From a virus (Duplodnaviria > Caudoviricetes), in IMG/VR virus record IMGVR_UViG_3300034082_003237, positions 1 through 52,935 of that record: DNA of 52,935 nt, one strand, 5' to 3'. The number at the start of each line of letters is the position of its first letter. The first letter of the stretch is position 1. The notes under the pieces were generated by a model. The model ran no database searches. It saw only the letters and a program-made list of their open reading frames with translations, and had not been told where the DNA came from. Position numbers and translations under genes: made by a program. Below, one piece after another: positions 34,692 through 43,700 of the stretch.

Positions 34692-36714
34692 CTTGCCCTC
34701 CTGTCAACATTTCTACGATACTCCTCTTGCTGTTCGAGAGTGTATCTAGTCTGTTTTTGTATAGTGTTTCCACGATTGCAAGGTGAGTTTTTTCGCCAGA
34801 CGAAAGACCGTCTAGTTCAAACCTTTTGCGGAGTTCGTTCATCTTGAATGAGCGCGCTCTTTTAATTAGCGACTCAATATATTTTCTAAATACAATTTGC
34901 TGGTTTTGTTTTAAATTGTTGTAATATTCCGAATATCCAGGACCACCAGAACCCTGGTAGAAACCAGCGATGGTCATTTTTGTTCTCTTGGATATTTGAA
35001 TTTTGTCAAGGTCGACCAAGCCGGATGTTACATTTTGAGCGAGCATTGGGACTGCGCCTTCTGGAGTTTCCAGTGGGTATATTGAGGAACTGGGTCTTTC
35101 CCGTTGGTCTGTAAGGAAATCAGAAACCATTATTTTTGCAACATCTTCCGGCTTGAGTTCTGAAAACTTTACATCAGGGCTAAATTTTGCACCCCTGAGC
35201 GCTGTTTCAACATCTTGTCGGATGTACTTTCTCTTGTCGGACGGCTTGTCGGCGAAGATTACATCCGGAGACTGAAGACCCAGATGTTGCTGTACATCTG
35301 ACGCAAATCTTTCAGCTAAGTGCTGATATTTCTTTGGAGAAGAGTATAGAAAATACTTATCTGCGCCAATCGTTAAAAGAGACTGATTGTCTGCAAGTTT
35401 TCTTTCTTGCACGAGTTTACTGTTTGCTAAAAGCTTTGGCATTAGTTCTGCCGAAATCATAGATATCGAGCCGCCTGAAGCAAGATGCTCAATTGCAGCC
35501 TCAAGAGATGTTATTTTCTTCCCAGTTTGAGCATTTGATGATGACTCTCTCGCAACAGTTTCGCTCTCTCCAGCGGGTGTCTTTGGTCTTCTCTTGCCAG
35601 AGAAGGCTTCTGCCGCCCAACGAAATTTACCTTTTACTATTTCGTTAGGGTTTTTTATGCCAATAAAGTTTTCTGCATATCTGATTCCGTCGCCAGTCTC
35701 GTCTGCAACCATCTTCAATTTTGATGCAGGGTCGGATGTCGACCGTGACTCAATCGCAGTGTTGACTGTTCGACCAAGCTTTCTTCTCTCGCCGACTGAA
35801 AGCTTCCTCGCCTTTTCAAGCGTAATTGTTGAGCCACCAGGTAAAACATACACAAGAGACTTGACACCTGTGTTTGACAGAAGCCCAAGTTCTTCATTAC
35901 CTATGTCGGCGGGTGATAAAGCGGAGAGAATATACGTTGCACCCTCCATGTCCCTGTTGTCCGGAATTGCCCTAAGAACCTTTGCAGGAACCACCGGCTC
36001 TAGAACGAATCCATCTCTTCTAACCATTCTTGTTGCATTGCCGTTGTACCCACCAATTTCTGAAATCATGCCCTTTACCTGTTCCGCGGCAGAGCGTGGA
36101 TTATCGAGTGAAACTTTTGGAATCTGCGGCTTGCGTGATTCAATCAGGTTCCCAGGAAGGTCGCCGCCGGTAAGTGGCTTACCTGTTACTGGCTCTGGTT
36201 TTGCTGGTCCTCTTCCTGCGCGTCGCAGGGCTGCAGCAAGCATTCTTAGTGGGGATGGAATATCAAAGAGTTTCGCGCCACATGTAGACAAACGCGAGTC
36301 AGTAAATCTCCCACCGTATTGGTAGCCCTCTGGGCATCTGTAGCCACGGCCCTCCCCTGGTTTCGAACCACCAGCGCCACCTGGCTTGCCTGGCGTCAAC
36401 GCTCTGTAAACCGCAGAGCGCACAGGAGAGCGAATTGGGTCAGAGTCCCCCGGCACAGCCAGGCTCATAAGAGTTGAGCCTAGGCGCGAACGTTTTGTCT
36501 GTATTTCCACAGAGTCAAACGCGCTCTTTCTAAGAATTCTGTCTGTTCCGTTGCGCTTGGACATGGCCTTGAACGACACTGCGTTTTCGGAAAGCTTTAT
36601 TCTTGAGCGTGCAACATTGTGTAGGTTCTTTGCTTCGATATCTGCAATTACGATACGAGCGACAACTACGGTGCGTTCAGGGCAGCATGGCAATGAGCCA
36701 TTAATCTCACTCAT
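34684..36714 (-). CDS. Head-region protein with an RCPxG..FTD motif and a C-terminal degenerate HipA/PI3K-like kinase fold
   Basis: AERFASDV..HLGL.SP.V; DFLTDQRER where active members have D.L..N.DR. Confidence 0.7.
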   Translation of the reverse strand: MSEINGSLPCCPERTVVVARIVIADIEAKNLHNVARSRIKLSENAVSFKAMSKRNGTDRILRKSAFDSVEIQTKRSRLGSTLMSLAVPGDSDPIRSPVRSAVYRALTPGKPGGAGGSKPGEGRGYRCPEGYQYGGRFTDSRLSTCGAKLFDIPSPLRMLAAALRRAGRGPAKPEPVTGKPLTGGDLPGNLIESRKPQIPKVSLDNPRSAAEQVKGMISEIGGYNGNATRMVRRDGFVLEPVVPAKVLRAIPDNRDMEGATYILSALSPADIGNEELGLLSNTGVKSLVYVLPGGSTITLEKARKLSVGERRKLGRTVNTAIESRSTSDPASKLKMVADETGDGIRYAENFIGIKNPNEIVKGKFRWAAEAFSGKRRPKTPAGESETVARESSSNAQTGKKITSLEAAIEHLASGGSISMISAELMPKLLANSKLVQERKLADNQSLLTIGADKYFLYSSPKKYQHLAERFASDVQQHLGLQSPDVIFADKPSDKRKYIRQDVETALRGAKFSPDVKFSELKPEDVAKIMVSDFLTDQRERPSSSIYPLETPEGAVPMLAQNVTSGLVDLDKIQISKRTKMTIAGFYQGSGGPGYSEYYNNLKQNQQIVFRKYIESLIKRARSFKMNELRKRFELDGLSSGEKTHLAIVETLYKNRLDTLSNSKRSIVEMLTGGQDA

Positions 36715-37366
36715 AGTCCCCACCGCAGCACTCTGCTGACTTTCGACCTTCCGGAATCTCGAACTTCATTGTATTTCCGTCTTCGTCTTCGCCTTCCATT
36801 TCCCAGTTGCTTTCATCTCTGAGGAATTTGGAGAACTTCGGCTCCATCTCGATGAAGTCACGCAAAACGCTAAAAGCGTGAAGAATGTCTGATTCGGTTA
36901 CTACATCCTTTGGGTTCTTATCATTAGCACCCTTGAACTCGTGGAAGAATACATCGTCCTCGTAATACGAGTCGTTTAAGGACTTCTTTGCGGTTCGCTT
37001 TGCGGCATTACGAAGGTGGCTAGCAAACTCCATGTTCGTCCAATTGTTTTTCTTGAGTTTCCCGCGGCAATTCTTCATGCCTGGATGATGGCATCCCTCA
37101 TTTGGCCAAAGACCAGTTGTCTCGTGATGCAACCATGCGCAAATATTGTTCAATGGGTATAGCTCTGGGTGATTTGCAAGAATCACTCTGCAACGACGGA
37201 ATCCGCCAGGCTTGCGCATGATTGGTCTCCAGTAGCGTAAAAGCCTTTCCAGGTTTCCACGACGGGGGCCGTATCCACGAAGCAGGTCGCCGGTGACTAG
37301 TTCTTGAGGAATTATTCCGCCAAGAGGGTCGAGTTTCACTTCGTTATTTTCGAATTCAGAACTCAT
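36707..37366 (-). CDS. Head-associated protein with the L.RYW...PG.F.RC...CAWLH...G.WP domain of actinophage head modules
   Basis: Motif recognised by eye. Confidence 0.7.
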   Translation of the reverse strand: MSSEFENNEVKLDPLGGIIPQELVTGDLLRGYGPRRGNLERLLRYWRPIMRKPGGFRRCRVILANHPELYPLNNICAWLHHETTGLWPNEGCHHPGMKNCRGKLKKNNWTNMEFASHLRNAAKRTAKKSLNDSYYEDDVFFHEFKGANDKNPKDVVTESDILHAFSVLRDFIEMEPKFSKFLRDESNWEMEGEDEDGNTMKFEIPEGRKSAECCGGDYE

Positions 37367-37790
37367 TGCCGTCCTTGTGCTTGTTCGCAGAATTGTCTAC
37401 CTTATAATCTACCATTTTAATGAGACTCTTATTATTTATAAAGTCGATTGCTCGCGCATTCTTTTTTTCTAACTTGACTTTTGTTTCACCAACTGTTGAC
37501 AGTGTTGGGGCACCATCAAGAAGCGCTTCGTCAACTTCTGTTTCTTTTTTAATGAAAGTCTCATACCACTTCCCCTTTGTTGGATTCTTGGGGGCATCCC
37601 ATAGAGAACGATGAAACTTACTGTTTCTAATCTTGTTTAATCCTTGCGCTTTAGAAGCCCATGAAAAAAAGTAAATCTTCACCGAAGAGCCATCTGGTCT
37701 AACGATTTCTCCATCTTTTTGCCCGGCTTTTGCGTCTATATCGTAATAGACCTTGTTGCCATCGTACGTTCCTACAAGTACGGCTTTCAT
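37356..37790 (-). CDS. Hypothetical protein, 144 aa
   Basis: ORF coupled to its neighbours. Confidence 0.75.
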   Translation of the reverse strand: MKAVLVGTYDGNKVYYDIDAKAGQKDGEIVRPDGSSVKIYFFSWASKAQGLNKIRNSKFHRSLWDAPKNPTKGKWYETFIKKETEVDEALLDGAPTLSTVGETKVKLEKKNARAIDFINNKSLIKMVDYKVDNSANKHKDGNEF

Positions 37791-37792
37791 GG

Positions 37793-40700
37793 TTAGTCGA
37801 CCATCAAATCTAATTGTTCGCTTTTTCTTATGCTGTCAAGTGTTTTCTTTAGTTCTGCTTCAACTTCTAAATCGATGTTTCTCTTAAGTATCTCATCAAC
37901 CTTGGTTGTTGGGCTGGCTGTTTTGTCATACGAACGAGGATTCTCGATATTTATGCCTTGTGGGTGGGCGAACTTAACATATCCAACGCCCATACCTTCA
38001 TACTTTTCTTTAATCTTCTTGGCGGCACGATACTCCTTGAGCTTGACCATGCTTGCGGTGTTTAGGGGCTTACCTCCAGATATTGAATAGAAGTAAGCAA
38101 CCTCTTCTGGGGTGAATCCAAGTTTTTCAAGTTTTGAGGCAAGCGACCCGTCGTTTACAACATCTGAGATATCTTCTGATTCAGCAATCTTGGCCACCTT
38201 CGAATACGGGTAGTGAATTCCCTCAACTTCGTTCTTCTTGAATCCACCAAGTATTTGGGCCTCAAATGGTTCGTGACCTCGGGTCGAAGAGTCAACAGCG
38301 CCAACTGGCGCCATCCTGCCATTTTCATCCATTGAAGCATTGACGGATGAGAAGTTCTTATCCATCTTTGCTCCAAGCAGATGCAGCATCGCTTCGGTGT
38401 TTTGCTTGCTTGAAGCAATTCCATCGGCGTTCATGATTGCGTCAGCTATGTCGTCAGGGTCGTTGGAGTTCATCGCTACTGGTCTGTGCGCCGACTGTAG
38501 AGCCTCTCCACGCCCATATGCGGTGCGATTAGACACTTCGGGCTTGAGGATGACCTCTATCTCCCCGAGCGCTGTAAGCCCGTCTCCAACCAAGTCGTTA
38601 TCACCAATTTCAAAGATTGCATCGCTGCCAATGTTTCCCTTGCCCGATGCGGCGATTCTTCGTTTCTTCTCTTCGTTGTGGGAACGATGCACGACATATC
38701 CACTTACTGGTTTTGCAGAGTTTGGAGTTGATTTGCTAATACCGATTCTGCTGTTGTATTCATTCCTGAGCACATCAGAAGAACGACCAGCCCTTCTTCC
38801 AGAGCTGAATACTGCATCGAAGTCATCAAATTCGGTCTTTGCTGGCTTGGTGTTGTTTATCTCAAACCCTGCAAATGGGTCATCGTATTCATTCGACATT
38901 GGAGTTTGCGAAGGAATCGATGTTATGTCAAAATCTCCAAATGGGTCAGTTTCTGATGGCTTATTCTTACCCCTGCCAAATCTCTTGCCTATCTTTTCGC
39001 GAGCAGAACCAATCACTTGTCCTGCATTCTCAACCAACTCCCCGCTTCCGGCTCGTATGGTATTGCCGAATTCGTCTAGTCTCTGCCTGTTTTCATCTGT
39101 GACGACTCGCTCATCAATGAAATCTGAAGCAATGGTCCAAGCGTCTGCAAGCTTATCTACCACTGGGTCTGGCAGGCCATTTGGTGCGACTCGGTCAACA
39201 GCAGACATTGCTACATCCATCTGGTTTTGGCTTATTCTGCCTCTTTGTACCGCTTCTTCCAACCCTCGTTCGGCAATTTCCCGTCCTGCTCTTCGCGCAG
39301 CATCTACAGCTATCGCGGTGGCGAATCCGACTGGACCACCAGCCGCCAGAGCACCAGCCATATTCACTCCGTACTTAACGCGTTCACGAGTGTCTTCGTC
39401 CGCTCCAGAGCGCTTAAGAACTGCGTCCAATACTCTCCCCGTTGCGCGACTGCCAGCAATACCGGCAACTCTCTGTGTTCTACTAGGGCCGCTTCTTGCA
39501 CCAGAAGAAAGACGACCTGAAGAACCAGTCCCACTTGCAAATAGTTCTCCAAGTTCGCTCAACTTGGACGAGTGATTGATTTTTTCTGAGCCAATATTAT
39601 ATTTTTCACCTAGTGCGAGCATCAACTTGCCGTGGCCACGACGGTGGTAGTCCTCAGGCACGAGTATGTCCGAGATGGTTAGTTCTCCGCGATTCCCAAG
39701 CTCTCCGCCAAGGTCTGTGCGCGCGTGAAGAACTCCAACCTCAATCCCGTTAGACCTCATTCTTACTGTAATGTTCTGTTCCTCGGTATCATCAAATCGA
39801 GTCTTTAATTCTGATTCTATAGATACCTTTATTGCATCTCCATTTTTATCTTTTACAGTCAGCTGTACGTCTCTATTTTTAAGGCGATTCGATTCTTTAG
39901 AAACAGATAGTTTGTCTTTGTCTACCGCTATGGAAACTGAATCAATGTTGAGCTTGACCCTATTCTTCTCTATTCTGTCGATTACCTTGTTGAGGTAATC
40001 CCAGCGACGACCACCAGAACGTTCCGCGTCGCCCACGGTTGAGTATGGGGTCAGGTCTCTGTTGATAACCTCCCACAAATCGTCATTGATGGATATTCTT
40101 GCTTTTGGTAGTTTGCCAAGGGCATAGCCAGTACTGCCATTCTTCTTTAGCAGTTCGATAGCTTCTTCTTCTGAGGCAACCACCCCAACGTCATGGAAAT
40201 CAATTTGTGTTAAGTCATCGATATCGTTGAGGATTGTTGCTATTCTCTTGAATTCTGGAACATCGTAGTAATTGTCTATTGATTCATACGTGTCACCCTT
40301 GTTGAACCATCCACCTCTATCAACAAATCGTTTGAACTCCCTGTCAAATATTACATCCGATTTTCCAACACCAAAAACTGGATACCATTTCCCTACCGGA
40401 TTTTCTTTCCCGCCTTTACCCGTGCTCTGATAGAACGGTATTCTTATTCCGTTTACGTCAACCAAGACCATTGGTCTGCCAGCAACTGAAAAAATTGGCG
40501 ACTTTTTCTGCTGGCCCGTTTCTGAATCAATCAAATCAACTTCTGTTATTTGCAAATCCAGATTTCTTAAATAGTTTTCTGCATCATTAACCTTTTTAAG
40601 CTGTATTTTTCTTTGTTTTGGCGAAACTCTTGCGCCGGAAGACAATCTTCCGGACGATGCGTCAGGGTTGCTGCTTGCTTGACCAGCTCTGCGACCAGAC

Positions 40701-43700
40701 GAAAATTCATCGTCTACCATGACCCCTGTTGTCCCAGTAAATTTGTCTGATATACCAACGCTCTTTTGGGCATTTTTGCTCATTCGCGCTAGTTCTTGTG
40801 GCCACAGTTCAAGTGTTGGCGGTCTGCCTAACTGCTCTTCTGTCCCTGAAGCATTCATTTCAATGTATGCATGTGGCATATTTGAATGCATTTGATAATT
40901 AAATCCTTCGCCTTTTGCGATTCTTCTCACGGCCGATTCCGCTCCAGTGGATGAGCTGTACTCTCCTGGTTCAAAGAAGTGTTTTGCACCAAGTTCTTTC
41001 AGTGCTGTCCTCACCATTTCATTTGAATCACCGTCTTCTGTTGTTTTCACAACCTGAAAACTACCCTTTGGCATCTTTATCCCGCCACCTGGCTTAGGTG
41101 TTAAGACGGTGTCAACTGGGAAAAGAGAATCTACGCTGTCTGGATTATTTTCCAATACATCTCTAAGTCGAACAACTATTACATTTGAACCTGGTTTTTG
41201 TTGGCGAGCAATATGACCACCAGCAATATGGTTAAGCGCAAAGTGTATCGTGTGTCTTTGGACGGTTACTTTTTCTCCTGAATCAGAGGTCAATTCATAG
41301 GCGCTAAGTGGTTTAAGTATTATGTTTCCGTCAGCGTCCAGTGGTGGGTCGTACTGAGTTTCGTGAACCAAGTACAAATCATCCACACCAATTTTGTCTA
41401 GACCCTCTTTTCGTTCTTGCAAAAGGTCGTCCTCAGAGAAAGATATTCTTTCAATAGATTTTTCTCTTTCTTCAGCAATAAGCTCCAAACCAATTTCAGA
41501 AAGCCTGTCGAACTCTTTTGCTGCGTCATCATCACCACGAACAGACGCATAAAACAGTGCGTCAACATCTGTTGACTTTCCAGGATTTCCTCCTTCGCTG
41601 AGGTACGCGGCGCGGGCAGCTACCCACTTCTCGGCAAGTTCCTGCCCTTTCTCACTTGTTCTATCAAGACCAGTTATGGCGTAAGGATTTATCGGTACAT
41701 TTTTTATCTTAGCGTCCGACTCCATTTCAAAATCATTGGTCGGGCCACCGAATACGACAGACTCCCCTCCAATGTCGTAAACATCAAATGCTTTTCTTTC
41801 TTCGCCAAATCGTCCGTCTTTTTTTGCAAATCCTTGAGTTGGAGATTTTTTGAGGTCTCCAGGTTTTAGCGTTCTCTCTATTGCCCCAGATGAAAGTTTT
41901 TCTGGTTTTTCAGAAATTTCTTTTCCTCTTTTTATCCCAAGCTCATCCTCGTTTTGAAAGGTTTCAGCTCGTTCAAGTTTTCTGTATATTTTTGCTCCAG
42001 ATGACAGTTTTGGAGCTGTGCGCCTTGTTTTTGGGTTTAACCGTCTTTCAAGCCTGCGACCAATCGCGCCGCTTTCAAGCACAACATCGTCTGTCTCGGT
42101 TGGCAGAAACTCGCCATCATCAGCAAATTTTGTTAATTGATTCTCTGTCATTCTTACGCGTGGACGCTTGTCTATCCCTGCGTGGAATTCAACTGCTGCA
42201 TCTTCAACGTCTTTAATCAAAGCTTCAGGAGATTTTCGTGCGATTTCGTTAGCCACAACAGAGTCAAGTGAGTCCCTTGACATATCGTTCATTACGTCTT
42301 TTGGACTCTCTCCAGCCATGACGCGCTTAATATCTTCAAATGTCATATTTGCCCTAGTGGCTCTTGCGACTTTTCTTTCTTCGCGCGTCTGTGGAACACC
42401 AAGAACTTCACGTCCTGATGTTGGGTCCGATACGGAACCAGCTGACGTCTTGTATGGTGCTCGCTTGCCAGTCCCCGGTATATAGTCTTGGTCAAATTCT
42501 GGCGGTTGCGGGAGGTTTGTAATTATTTCTCCACGCTTTGCAAGTTCGTCGTCAAGAGATTTCAGGGTTGCCCTGTCGGTTCCTTGAAAACCTTTTTTGT
42601 CGTTTGCATAATCAGGCTCAAGTAATCGCAAATATGTGGCGGCTCTTCTGCTTAGAAGCTCGCCAACATTCATTCGATTAACTGTCTTCATTATTGGACG
42701 ACCAGTTTGTGGGTCGACCTGGTCTGGCTTGATATCTGCTTCGGCGGGCTGAATAAGTGGAGACTTGCCAACTTCTGCCACGTAGTCCTCAGAAGGTGGT
42801 TCGCCAAATGAACCGCCAGCGCTGATTACTTCCCGTTTTGCCTCTATGTTCCTATCTTCGATTTCCACCTCACGCTTCGGTCTTGACGGGGTAGACGGTA
42901 GACCATTCTCTCTTCTTTGAGCAACATACTTGTTGGCGATTCTGTCAATCTTCTTTTTTGTACCCTTTGCGTGCTGCGATGCACTGGGCCCCTCTTGCCC
43001 GATTGACGACGAAACCCTGTCTAAAACATCAACAACATTGTCCTGCTCTTGGACGCGGAGAACGATTGTTCCGTCAGGTCTTACATCAACAACTTTCATT
43101 TTGCCTGGAGGAAGAACTAGTGAACCCTCTTCGCCAAGAACTGTTTCGTTCGTTCTAAATAGTCCTTTATCGCCTTTTGATACCTGCACTATGACGCGAG
43201 ACTTTTCCTTGCCAGCTCGAGTGACAATTTCTCCGTTGGCATCACGAACCTCACCTGGCTTGTGAGGTGATTCATCAGTGATAATCCGACCGCTTACAAA
43301 ACTCTGATTATCAAAGTTTTCGTTTATCGTTTTGAAACCGTTTTGTACATCAAAGTACATCTCGGCTTCGACCTCAATGTCGTCTGGGATAGATGATTCA
43401 TCTATCGCTTCCATCGCTGGAATAAGAACTTTCTCAATTTGGTCTTCCAGTGCTGCAGTCTCGCTACTGGGTGAAAGGTCACCAGCGCTTCTTTGCGCTC
43501 TTCTGTAACGACGATTAATGTTCTTTATGGCAACAACATTGCCGTCTGGGTCAACTAGATTGCCAATATCGGTCAAGGATGGGTCACCAAGTCGTTCTAC
43601 TGCTGCAGCTTGCTCGCCTGTCATTGCATATGATTCATCTTTTTGAATCTTTTTTGCATAGCTGGCACCAGACTTATCGGTCTTGACCTTCTTCGTTTTC

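Noticed and set aside
38340-39575. 411-aa plus-strand ORF and similar antisense ORFs over the giant genes and MCP
   Set aside because: In-register antisense shadows of long real genes, with no motifs or RBS.
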